Assembly (NCBI RefSeq): GCF_028868675.1
Contig: NZ_JAGWUA010000002.1
Span: 600-64,599 of the forward strand
DNA: 64,000 nucleotides
Reading direction: 5' to 3'
Source of the DNA: Bradyrhizobium sp.
GTDB lineage: Bacteria; Pseudomonadota; Alphaproteobacteria; Rhizobiales; Xanthobacteraceae
The notes beneath the pieces were generated by a model. The model worked only from the letters and a program-made list of their open reading frames with translations. It did not search any database and had not been told where the DNA came from. The translations under genes and the position numbers were made by a program. This document shows positions 48,747 through 57,036 of this stretch, one piece after another; position 1 is the stretch's first letter; every line of letters begins with the position of its first letter.

Positions 48747-50168
48747 ATGCCGGCGCTGCCGCGACTGCCGGGCTGGGCGAAGGGCGGCGCCCTCGTCCTC
48801 TCGGGGCTCGCGGTCGCCGCGCTCGTGGCCGTCGGCTTCGGCAAGATCGCCGTCACCTTCGGCGTCTATGACCTCACGCGCGACGCCGGCTTCGCCGACC
48901 ATCATCCGCCGCCGCCGGATCCGCGCTCGGAAGCCGAGTTGGAGAGCCTGCGCCGCTTCCCGCGAGGTGCGACGGCGCTTCAGCCGCTGATCGACGCCAC
49001 CCCGACGGGTGGCGTGCTGCACCTTGCGCCCGGCATCTACGCGGCTCCCGGCATCGTCGGCCGGCCGCTGCGCATCGAGGGTGAGCCGGGCGCCGTCATC
49101 GACGGCGGCGGGGTCGGCTCGATCATGACCGTGGCCGCGGACGACGTGCAGGTCATCGGGCTGACCTTCCGCAATTCCGGCGAGCGGCATGAATCGACCG
49201 ACTCCGCCCTGCGCCTGCGGGGCAAGCACGGGATCTTCCGCGACAACGTCATCGAGGACTGCCTATTCGGCTTCGAGCTGAAGCAGTCGGACATGAACAT
49301 CATCCGGCGCAACCGCATTTCGTCGAAGGATCTGCCCGAGGCGTTGCGCGGCGACGCCGTCCGCGTCTGGTACTCCAACGGCAACCGGATCGAGGACAAC
49401 GACATCGTCCGCACGCGCGACACGGTCGTCTGGTATTCGAAGGAGAACACCATCGACGGCAACCGGATCCGCGACAGCCGGTACGGCGTGCACCTGATGT
49501 ATGCGCATCAGAACAACCTGCGACGCAACGTTCTCGTGGCGAACACCGTGGGCGTATTCCTGATGTACGCCAACGACAACGTGCTGGCCGACAACGTCAT
49601 CCATTACAGCCAGGGGCCGTCGGGCATCGGAATCGGCTTCAAGGAATCCTCCGGCGCCCGCATCGAGCACAACGACGTGTTCGCCAATGCGCGCGGCCTG
49701 TTCATGGATGCCTCTCCCTACGACCCCGACTCGCCCAATCTCTTCGCCGCCAACCGTTTTGCCTACAACGGCGTCGCCATCGCCTTCCACTCCGGCTGGG
49801 AGGGCAATACCTTCAAGGACAACGCCTTCCTCGGCAATCACGCCCAGGCCATGGTCGCCGGCGGCGGCTCGGCGCAGCGCAACGTCTGGGCCGGGAACTT
49901 CTGGGATTCCTACGACGGATTTGATCGAAATCACGATGGCGTCGGCGATACGCCCTACCGTATCTGGACCTGGGCCGACCGACTGTGGATGGACGTGCCC
50001 GATGCGCAGTTCTTCCGTGCCGCGCCGTCGCTCGAGATGATCGATCTCGTCGAGCGCCTCGGTTCGCTCATGGAGCCGCGCCTCGTGCTGTCGGATCCCC
50101 TGCCGCGCGTCGGCGCGGTCGCCGCGGCGGGGCCACGTGGCGTGGCCGTGAGAGAGGTCTTGCAATGA
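48747..50168 (+). CDS. nosD: NosD (clade II cluster)
   Basis: RGDAVRVWYS, RYGVHLMY, GNFWDSYDGFDRNHDGVGDTPY. Confidence 0.93.
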   Translation: MPALPRLPGWAKGGALVLSGLAVAALVAVGFGKIAVTFGVYDLTRDAGFADHHPPPPDPRSEAELESLRRFPRGATALQPLIDATPTGGVLHLAPGIYAAPGIVGRPLRIEGEPGAVIDGGGVGSIMTVAADDVQVIGLTFRNSGERHESTDSALRLRGKHGIFRDNVIEDCLFGFELKQSDMNIIRRNRISSKDLPEALRGDAVRVWYSNGNRIEDNDIVRTRDTVVWYSKENTIDGNRIRDSRYGVHLMYAHQNNLRRNVLVANTVGVFLMYANDNVLADNVIHYSQGPSGIGIGFKESSGARIEHNDVFANARGLFMDASPYDPDSPNLFAANRFAYNGVAIAFHSGWEGNTFKDNAFLGNHAQAMVAGGGSAQRNVWAGNFWDSYDGFDRNHDGVGDTPYRIWTWADRLWMDVPDAQFFRAAPSLEMIDLVERLGSLMEPRLVLSDPLPRVGAVAAAGPRGVAVREVLQ

Positions 50169-50953
50169 AGGACGGTGAATTCGACGCTCCCGCTCCGCCG
50201 GCGAAGGCTGCGTCGCGGGTCGACGAGGAGCGTCGGCGCATGTTGCGCTCGGCCGCGGTCGGCGGCGCCGTGGCCTGCGCGGCCCTGCTGGGCCTGCTCG
50301 ACCATCGCGTGGCGCGGGCCGCGCCGCGGCTTCGGCCGCCCGGAGCGCTCGACGAGGAGGATTTTCTCGCCGCCTGCATCAAGTGCGGACAATGCGTGCA
50401 GGTCTGCCCGGTCGACGCAATCCGGCTCGGCGACCTGAACGAGGGGCTGGCCAACGGCGTTCCGCACATCGTGGCCCGGCACCAGGCCTGCGACTTCTCC
50501 TGCGACGCCACGCAATGCGTCCTGGCGTGCCCGACCGGTGCGCTGAGCCACCTGATCGACCGCAAGGAGCAGACGCGAATGGGCGTGGCGCGCCTCGCCG
50601 CGCCGGACGCCTGCCTCGCGCGCAAGGGCGCGGGCTTCAAGGGCGCCACGCGCGGCGCTGATTTCAAGGGACGTCTGCGTTATGCCGAGATCGACCGGTG
50701 GAAGCCGCAGCCGGTCGCCGATCATCCCTATGATCTCGAGCTTTGCGATCTCTGTGTCCGGCAGTGTCCGATCGAGAACGCAATCGCGCTGGCGCCCATG
50801 TCGGACGATCCGAAGGACCATCGCCGCACCCCGGTGGTGAAGGACGCCTGCGTCGGTTGCGGCGTCTGTGAGATGGTCTGCCCCGTCGAGCCGGCGGCGA
50901 TCCGCATCGAGGTCCGCATCACCGGTCGCGATCCCGGAGGACCCAGCGCATGA
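50165..50953 (+). CDS. nosG: NosG (NapG/MauM-like Fe-S protein)
   Basis: Tat-like RRRML; LRPPGA, CIKCGQCVQVCP, CDLCVRQCP, CVGCGVCEMVCP. Confidence 0.9.
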   Translation: MKDGEFDAPAPPAKAASRVDEERRRMLRSAAVGGAVACAALLGLLDHRVARAAPRLRPPGALDEEDFLAACIKCGQCVQVCPVDAIRLGDLNEGLANGVPHIVARHQACDFSCDATQCVLACPTGALSHLIDRKEQTRMGVARLAAPDACLARKGAGFKGATRGADFKGRLRYAEIDRWKPQPVADHPYDLELCDLCVRQCPIENAIALAPMSDDPKDHRRTPVVKDACVGCGVCEMVCPVEPAAIRIEVRITGRDPGGPSA

Positions 50954-51972
50954 GCAACAGACTGATCGCGCGCAAGCTGCGGGATCTGGCGCTGATGTTC
51001 GGCGCCGCCCCGAAGAAGCCCACTCCGGAGGACATGACCGAAGACGCGCGCGACATGCTCGCCTTCAAGAAGAGCCCCGAGCAGCGCAAGTGGCGCAAGG
51101 CCGCGATCGCGAGCGAGCGCGCCGAGGCGGCGGTGTCGCACAAGTGGCGCTGGATTCGCTGGGCGACGATCTTCGGCTTCAACGGCCTGTTCGTGGCCTC
51201 GTACTGGCTGGACCTGCAGCTCTTCGAAGGAGCGCTGACGGCCTCCCGCGTGCTGGGCTTCCACCTCGCCGACCTCAATTCGTCGCTGCAGCTCATGCTC
51301 GCGCACAAGCACGTCGTGGTCAATCTCGTGATCGGCGTGACGACGGTCTGGCTGATCTACGCGGTGATCGGCGGCCGGAATTTCTGCTCATGGGTCTGCC
51401 CGTACCACTTCCTGGCCGAGCTCGCGGAGATGGTGCATCTGAAGCTCGCGGCGAAGAAGCTGGTGCGCGACCACGAGCTCGATCGGCGGCTGCGTGTCGT
51501 CATGTTCTTCGTGTTCGCCGTGCTCGCCTTCGTCTCCGGCTATCCGCTGTTCGAGGCGATCTCGCCCGTCGGCATCCTGTCACGCGCGCTCACCTACGGC
51601 ACCGTGATCAGCCTGATCTGGGTGGCGCTGCTGCTGCTTGCCGAAATCGTCTGGTCGCGGCGGCTGTGGTGCCGCTACATCTGCCCCGTCGGGCTCGGCT
51701 ATGGCCTCGCCGGCGTCGCGGCGCCGGTACGGATCATGTACGACGCGGACAAGTGCCTGCACGAGGGCAAATGCCGGCAGGTCTGTCTCGTTCCCCACGT
51801 CCTCGACATGACCAAGCTCGGTTTTGCGCGCGATGTCGAGACCCCGGTCGGTGCCGATTGCACGCGTTGCGCGATGTGCATCGACGTCTGTCCGACCGGT
51901 GCGCTCACCTTCGACATTCTCGGCCTGGCGCGCTCCGGCGTCGAGGACACGCCCGAGGACGTCGGGTCATGA
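50950..51972 (+). CDS. nosH: NosH (NapH-like membrane Fe-S quinol dehydrogenase subunit)
   Basis: FCSWVCP, WCRYICP, CLHEGKCRQVC, CTRCAMCIDVCP. Confidence 0.9.
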   Translation: MSNRLIARKLRDLALMFGAAPKKPTPEDMTEDARDMLAFKKSPEQRKWRKAAIASERAEAAVSHKWRWIRWATIFGFNGLFVASYWLDLQLFEGALTASRVLGFHLADLNSSLQLMLAHKHVVVNLVIGVTTVWLIYAVIGGRNFCSWVCPYHFLAELAEMVHLKLAAKKLVRDHELDRRLRVVMFFVFAVLAFVSGYPLFEAISPVGILSRALTYGTVISLIWVALLLLAEIVWSRRLWCRYICPVGLGYGLAGVAAPVRIMYDADKCLHEGKCRQVCLVPHVLDMTKLGFARDVETPVGADCTRCAMCIDVCPTGALTFDILGLARSGVEDTPEDVGS

Positions 51973-52853
51973 TTCTCGTCGACGGGCTGACCAAGAGGTT
52001 CGGCGCCACGCGCGTGCTCGACGGTCTGTCGATCGAGGCGCCTTCGGGTCAGCGCATTGCGCTGGTCGGCTCGAACGGCGCCGGCAAGACCAGCCTGTTC
52101 CGCTGTCTGCTCGGGGAATACGCCTGTCAGGGATCGATTTCCGTCGATGGACTGGATCCGCGCCGCGACCGCGCGCGGCTGCTGCGAACCATCGGATTCG
52201 TGCCGCAGATCGCGCCGCGGCTGGAAACGCCCGTCGGGGCCTTCATCCGCTATGTGGCCGAAGTGTCGGGCGCCTCGGTCGACGAGATCGAAGCGGTCGC
52301 GACCAGCCTCGGTCTCGACGTCGCCGCCGTGCGCAAGCGCGCCTTCGTGCGGTTGTCCGGCGGCATGAAGCAGAAGCTGATGATCGCGCTGGCGCTCGGC
52401 CGGCCGACCAGGCTCCTGATCCTCGACGAGCCGACCGCGAACCTCGATCCGGCAGCGCGCGCGGGCCTGTACGATCTGCTGGCGGCGCGCGGCCGGCACA
52501 CGGCCATGATCATCTCGAGCCACCGCATCGACGAGATCGCGCCTCTGGTGGACCGGGTCGTGGAACTCGACCGCGGACGCATCGTGCTCGACGATACCGT
52601 GAGCGACGCCGGTGCATTGGGATCGACTTTCTTCGCGCAGATCGAAACCGGCCGCCCCGAGGAAAGCTTTGCGCGCGCGGCGCGCGAATGGGGTCTGGCG
52701 CAGGTCGAGGAGCGGCGCTGGCGCGGCACGATCGCCGGGCCCGACAGGCTGCGGTTCCTCGGCTTCGTGGCGCGCCATGCCGGGCGGCTTGCCGGCGTCG
52801 AGTTGCGCGAGGCTCATCGGGAGAACGGCAATGCCGATACGCATTCCGCCTGA
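51969..52853 (+). CDS. nosF: NosF ABC ATPase (clade II)
   Basis: GSNGAGKTS, LSGGMKQK, DEPTANLD. Confidence 0.9.
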   Translation: MILVDGLTKRFGATRVLDGLSIEAPSGQRIALVGSNGAGKTSLFRCLLGEYACQGSISVDGLDPRRDRARLLRTIGFVPQIAPRLETPVGAFIRYVAEVSGASVDEIEAVATSLGLDVAAVRKRAFVRLSGGMKQKLMIALALGRPTRLLILDEPTANLDPAARAGLYDLLAARGRHTAMIISSHRIDEIAPLVDRVVELDRGRIVLDDTVSDAGALGSTFFAQIETGRPEESFARAAREWGLAQVEERRWRGTIAGPDRLRFLGFVARHAGRLAGVELREAHRENGNADTHSA

Positions 52854-53316
52854 GACGCGCCCTGGTGCGACGCGCCGCCGCTTCGTCTGCATGGGGCTCG
52901 GCCTCGCCGTTGCCGGCGGCCTTGCCGGCTGCTCGGAGGCCCGGCCGGCGCCGCGGGCCGTGCGGCTGAAGCGCGAGAGCTGCGACCATTGCGGCATGCC
53001 GATCGGCGATACTCGCTTTGCCAGCGAGATCTGGAATGCCGAATACGGACGGGTGCGGGTCTACGACGATTTCGGCTGCGCGGTGCTCGCCGCGTCCGCG
53101 CGCAAGGAGCTCGACCGGGCCGAAATCGCCTTCTGGGTCGCCGACGAGAGCGACCCTTCGCGCTGGCTCGACGCGCGCACGGCGCATTACCGCAGCGGCG
53201 TCGCCACGCCGATGGGGCACGGCTATGCGGCCGGACCCGAGCGCGATCATCCCGTCGACTACGTGACCGCCTACACCGCCATCTGCGCCAAGGCGCTCTG
53301 CGCCGGTGCGACCTGA
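52831..53316 (+). CDS. nosL: NosL copper chaperone (clade II type)
   Basis: RRRF leader with lipobox LAGC; CDHCGM, DDFGCA, TPMGHG. Confidence 0.88.
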   Translation: MPIRIPPETRPGATRRRFVCMGLGLAVAGGLAGCSEARPAPRAVRLKRESCDHCGMPIGDTRFASEIWNAEYGRVRVYDDFGCAVLAASARKELDRAEIAFWVADESDPSRWLDARTAHYRSGVATPMGHGYAAGPERDHPVDYVTAYTAICAKALCAGAT

Positions 53317-53323
53317 GGTGACC

Positions 53324-54202
53324 ATGCTGCTCGCTTCGCCCGACATCGCGCGCGATCTGCAAGACTCCGGCCTCGGATCCGGATTGGCGGCGACGTTCCG
53401 CCTCGAGGTTTCGCAGGCGCTGCGCGCCCGCTGGTTCTGGGCTTATGCCGCGGTGTTCTTCGGTCTTGTCGGCCTGCTCTTGGTGTTCGGCCTGACGGAG
53501 TCGCGCGTGCTCGGCTTCACCGGCCTGTCGCGCACGCTGGTGGCCTATATCCAGCTCTCGATGGCGATCCTGCCGATCTTCGTGCTCATCACCACGGTGC
53601 GGTCGCTGGCCGGGGACCGGGAAGCCGGCGTGTACGAATACGTGCTCGGACTGCCGGTCGGGATCGGCGGCTGGTACGCCGGCCGCTTCTTCGCGCGCTA
53701 CGCGCTCGCGGTCGCGCCGGTGCTCGGCGCGCTCGTCTCGGCGGTCGCCTACGGCGCGGCGCGCGGCGTCGCCATTCCCTGGGTGGAACTCGGCTTCGAC
53801 ATCGGACTTCTGCTCGCCATGATCCTCGCCTTCGTCGGACTGGGCTTCTTCATCGCGTCGGTGGCGAGTTCGGTGGATCTGGCCCAGACGGCGGCCTTCC
53901 TGTTGTGGCTCGTGCTGATCCTCGGGCTCGATCTCGTTCTGCTCGGCGTCCTGATCCGCGATCGCATGCCGGTCGAGGGCGTCGTCGCCATTGCACTGCT
54001 CAATCCGTTGCAAGTGTTCCGGATCGGGTCCATGGTCCTATTCGATCCGCAGCTCGTCCTCCTGGGCTCGACGGCCTATGCCGTCTTCGACGTCTTCGGC
54101 CGGGTCGGCTTCATGGTCTGGTCGCTCGCTTACCCCCTCGCGCTCGGAATCGGCGCAGCCTATGCGGGTTTCCTGGTATTCCGACGTGGAGATCTCCTGT
54201 GA
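53324..54202 (+). CDS. nosY: NosY ABC permease (clade II)
   Basis: DREAGVYEY, LLNPLQVFR; multi-TM; follows nosF-nosL. Confidence 0.88.
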   Translation: MLLASPDIARDLQDSGLGSGLAATFRLEVSQALRARWFWAYAAVFFGLVGLLLVFGLTESRVLGFTGLSRTLVAYIQLSMAILPIFVLITTVRSLAGDREAGVYEYVLGLPVGIGGWYAGRFFARYALAVAPVLGALVSAVAYGAARGVAIPWVELGFDIGLLLAMILAFVGLGFFIASVASSVDLAQTAAFLLWLVLILGLDLVLLGVLIRDRMPVEGVVAIALLNPLQVFRIGSMVLFDPQLVLLGSTAYAVFDVFGRVGFMVWSLAYPLALGIGAAYAGFLVFRRGDLL

Positions 54203-55104
54203 CGACCTTGGCATCGACCGGTTCGATCGGAACGTGGGTCTTGGGCGCGCGGCCGCGAACGCTCGCGCTGTCCGTCACTCCGGTGGCGGTGGGACTGGCC
54301 TATGCCGCCGCCATGTATGGAGCAATCGACCCGATACCGATCATCGCTGCGCTGGCATCCGCGATCTTCATCCAGATCACGACCAATCTCGCCAACGATT
54401 CGGCGGATGGCGGCCGCGGCGCCGACAAGTCGGAGCGGCTGGGACCGGTGCGGCTCGTCGGCGCCGGGATCATGTCGGCCCCGCAGGTCCGGCGCGGCGC
54501 CATCGTGACCAGTCTCGTCGCGGTGGCCTTCGGCGCCGTGGCGGTCGCCTACGGCGGCGCACCGATCCTGGCGATCGGCCTGGCGTCGCTGCTGGCGGCC
54601 TGGGGCTATTCCTACGGGCCCTGGCCGATCAGTGCCAGCCGCTTCGGTGAGGTGTTCGTCATCCTGTTCTTCGGCGTCGTGGCCACGACCGGCATCGTCT
54701 GGCTCGGCGTGCATCGCGTCGATGCGACCTCGGCGCTGCTCGGCATCGCGACCGGTCTGCCGGCCGCCGCCGTTCTGACCGTCAACAACCACCGCGACCG
54801 CGTTCAGGACGCCGCCTCGGGCCGCCGGACGCTGGCGATGTATCTCGGACCGCGCGGTACGCCGTTCCTCTACGCCGTCGAGCTCGCGGCGGCGGCCGCG
54901 ATCGCAGGCGTCGCGCTCTGGCCGATCAATCGCGCCGGTGCCGTCATTGCCGTGGCGGCGTTCGGATTTGCGCTCTATCTCGGCCATCAGCTCGCCCGCG
55001 CGCCGATCTCGCGCGCGCTGAACGCGATGCTGTCCGCGACGGTGCATTTCCAGGTCGGGCTCGCGGCCGCCATCGTCGCCGTCCTCGTGATGAGCGCCCG
55101 ATGA
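54199..55104 (+). CDS. menA: 1,4-dihydroxy-2-naphthoate polyprenyltransferase (UbiA family)
   Basis: W..GARPRTL, NLANDSAD, G.D...RLGPVR, NNHRDRVQD..GRRTL; GTG overlaps the nosY stop. Confidence 0.88.
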   Translation: MTTLASTGSIGTWVLGARPRTLALSVTPVAVGLAYAAAMYGAIDPIPIIAALASAIFIQITTNLANDSADGGRGADKSERLGPVRLVGAGIMSAPQVRRGAIVTSLVAVAFGAVAVAYGGAPILAIGLASLLAAWGYSYGPWPISASRFGEVFVILFFGVVATTGIVWLGVHRVDATSALLGIATGLPAAAVLTVNNHRDRVQDAASGRRTLAMYLGPRGTPFLYAVELAAAAAIAGVALWPINRAGAVIAVAAFGFALYLGHQLARAPISRALNAMLSATVHFQVGLAAAIVAVLVMSAR

Positions 55105-55604
55105 TCCGCTTCGCCGCAGCGCTCATCGCCGCGGCGGCGTGGACGTCCGCGCTTGCGGCCGACTTCGTGCCGTCGGCGCCGAGGCCGATCGAATTCGTCG
55201 TGCGCGACCGCAACGGCGATGCGCGTACGGCACCGCAGTTGCGCGCGCGCCTGACGGTGCTGCATTTCTGGGCGAGCTGGTGCCTGCCGTGCCGCGACGA
55301 GCTGCCGGCCCTGCAGTCGCTGCAATCCGACCTCGCGGGAGACGGCGTGCGCGTGGTCGCGGTGTCGGTCGACCGGTTGGGCTGGGACGCGATCGACCGC
55401 ACGACGGTAAAGCTGGATGTGCGCGGGCTCGAACTCTATCACGACCGCGACCGCGAGGCGACCGCTGCCCTCGGCGTCGAGGCGCTGCCGACGACGATCC
55501 TCGTCGATGCAGAGGGCCGCGAGGTCGCGCGCATGCGCGGGCAGGGCGAGTGGGGCAATCCCGACGTCCGGCGCGATCTCCTGCGCTTTCGCGATGCGCC
55601 CTGA
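55101..55604 (+). CDS. TlpA/ResA-like thioredoxin
   Basis: Signal peptide, HFWASWCLPCRDELP, LPTTILVD. Confidence 0.9.
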   Translation: MIRFAAALIAAAAWTSALAADFVPSAPRPIEFVVRDRNGDARTAPQLRARLTVLHFWASWCLPCRDELPALQSLQSDLAGDGVRVVAVSVDRLGWDAIDRTTVKLDVRGLELYHDRDREATAALGVEALPTTILVDAEGREVARMRGQGEWGNPDVRRDLLRFRDAP

Positions 55605-55607
55605 GGC

Positions 55608-56345
55608 TCAGGCGGCCGGCTTTCGCGCCGAGTGAACGGCGGCGATGCCGAACGAATAGTCCCGCCATTCTACGTCCACCAGCCCGCTCGATGCGATCAT
55701 GGATGCGAACTCCGCCTGATCGGGAAAGCGCCGGATCGACTCGACGAGATAGCGATAGGCGTCGCGGCGCCTGGAGACGATGGCGCCGAGCAATGGGATC
55801 GCGGTGCGCGACCACAGGCCGTAGAACGGTCGCAGCCAGGCCTGCGGCGTCGAGAATTCCAGGCAGAACAGACGCCCGCCGGGCTTCAAGACCCGTGCGA
55901 TCTCGGCGAGCGCGTCGTCGACGCGCGTCGCATTGCGGATGCCGAACGAGATGGTGATGAGGTCGATGGACGCATCGGGGAAGGGGAGGCGCTCCGCCTC
56001 CGCGGCGATCCACCGAAGGCCGTCGGCGCCGGGCCGTCCTCGCCCGGCGCGCATCATCTCCGGCGAGGGATCGACGACCAGCGTGCGGGCGCCGGCGGAC
56101 GCGAGTGCCAGCGCGATGTCGCCGGTGCCGCCGGCGAGATCCACCGCGATCTCGCCCGGCCGCGCCGCCGCGAGGGCGACAAAGGCGGACTTCCAGAGCC
56201 GGTGAATCCCCATGCTCATGAGGTCGTTCATCACATCGTAGCGCGGCGCCACCTGCGCGAAGGTGCGCCGGATGAGCTGCTGGCGCTGGTCGACCGAGAC
56301 CGTGGCCGCGCCAAAGCTGCGCGCAAGCTTGTCGCCGGCGCTCAT
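55608..56345 (-). CDS. ubiE: UbiE/MenG quinone C-methyltransferase paralog
   Basis: VAPRYDVMNDLMSMGIHRLWK, DLAGGTGD, SFGIRN, VLKPGG..CLEFS, YLVESIRRFPDQ. Confidence 0.9.
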   Translation of the reverse strand: MSAGDKLARSFGAATVSVDQRQQLIRRTFAQVAPRYDVMNDLMSMGIHRLWKSAFVALAAARPGEIAVDLAGGTGDIALALASAGARTLVVDPSPEMMRAGRGRPGADGLRWIAAEAERLPFPDASIDLITISFGIRNATRVDDALAEIARVLKPGGRLFCLEFSTPQAWLRPFYGLWSRTAIPLLGAIVSRRRDAYRYLVESIRRFPDQAEFASMIASSGLVDVEWRDYSFGIAAVHSARKPAA

Positions 56346-56346
56346 G

Positions 56347-56901
56347 TCATCTCGCCAGCATGGAGGCGCGGATGCGTTCCGCGAGCGCGCCGCCGTCGAG
56401 GTCGTGCGGATAGCGTCCGACGATCGCGCCGGAGGGATCGGCAAGAAATATCGCCGCGGTGTGGTCGACCGAATAGGAATTCTTGTCCTTGAGCTCGACC
56501 CGGGCGTATTTGACCCGCCACTGGGCCGCCAGAGTCGCAAGCTGATCCGGGTGAGGCGACAGGCCGACCATGCGCGGGTGGAAGTAGCCGACGTATTCGG
56601 CGACGACGCCGGGCGTGTCGCGTTCGGGATCGACGGTCACGAACACCGGCGTGATGCGCTCGCCGACAGGGCCGAGCACATCGAGCGCCTGGCCCATGCT
56701 CTGCAGCGAGATCGGGCAGATGTCGGGGCAGTTCGTGTAGCCGAAATAGACGAGCTTCCAGCCGGCAATGTCGCCGGCTGCGATCTCGCGCCCATCCTGC
56801 CGCACGCCGAACAGCTCGGCGGCCTGCGCGGGACACGACGGCGCGGCCAGCAGGCAAAGCACCGCGGCCAGGACGGCGAACAGCCGGCGAGACACGCGCA
56901 C
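56347..56901 (-). CDS. Sco/SenC copper chaperone
   Basis: YFGYTNCPDICP, TVDPERDT, VDHTA; GTG start with GGAGG RBS. Confidence 0.92.
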   Translation of the reverse strand: MRVSRRLFAVLAAVLCLLAAPSCPAQAAELFGVRQDGREIAAGDIAGWKLVYFGYTNCPDICPISLQSMGQALDVLGPVGERITPVFVTVDPERDTPGVVAEYVGYFHPRMVGLSPHPDQLATLAAQWRVKYARVELKDKNSYSVDHTAAIFLADPSGAIVGRYPHDLDGGALAERIRASMLAR

Positions 56902-56986
56902 ACGATCTGCCTCCGGTGCCAGGGCAGGGGAGCAATGCGGAACCATGATCATGGCGGCATAGGAGCCCACAAGCGCCATTGCCGCC

Positions 56987-57000
56987 TTGATGCGAGTCAA
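56987..57000. promoter_or_regulatory. FNR/FixK2-type box upstream of sco-ubiE
   Basis: TTGAT-GCGA-GTCAA, about 86 nt upstream of the sco start. Confidence 0.8.
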
Positions 57001-57007
57001 TGGACCG

Positions 57008-57018
57008 TCATCGGACGC
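57008..57018 (+). repeat. Right copy of 11-bp direct repeat TCATCGGACGC
   Basis: Identical to 10457-10467; 18 nt from the boxR stop. Confidence 0.7.
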
Positions 57019-57036
57019 CGATGTGGAGTGCCTTCC

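Larger units (their letters stand above)
10457..57018. mobile_element. Putative tRNA-adjacent respiratory island (nos I + sulfur oxidation + nos II), no integrase seen
   Basis: Starts 12 nt after the tRNA CCA; identical 11-mer at both ends; accessory gene content; intact REP pairs seen only in the left flank. Confidence 0.6.

Noticed and set aside
50165-51972. napGH of a periplasmic nitrate reductase
   Set aside because: No napA, napB or napD; embedded between nosD and nosF, the position of nosGH
50868-52853. 661-aa ORF suggesting a nosH-nosF fusion
   Set aside because: The N-terminal part is an off-frame shadow of nosG/nosH; the ABC ATPase begins at ATG 51969
55608-56345. Rhodoquinone synthase RquA
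   Set aside because: The sequence has canonical UbiE/MenG motifs (YDVMNDLMS, DLAGGTGD, FGIRN) and is linked to menA
56902-57000. N-terminal extension of Sco from TTG at 57000
   Set aside because: That TTG is one arm of the FNR-type box; the GGAGG-preceded GTG at 56901 is the better start
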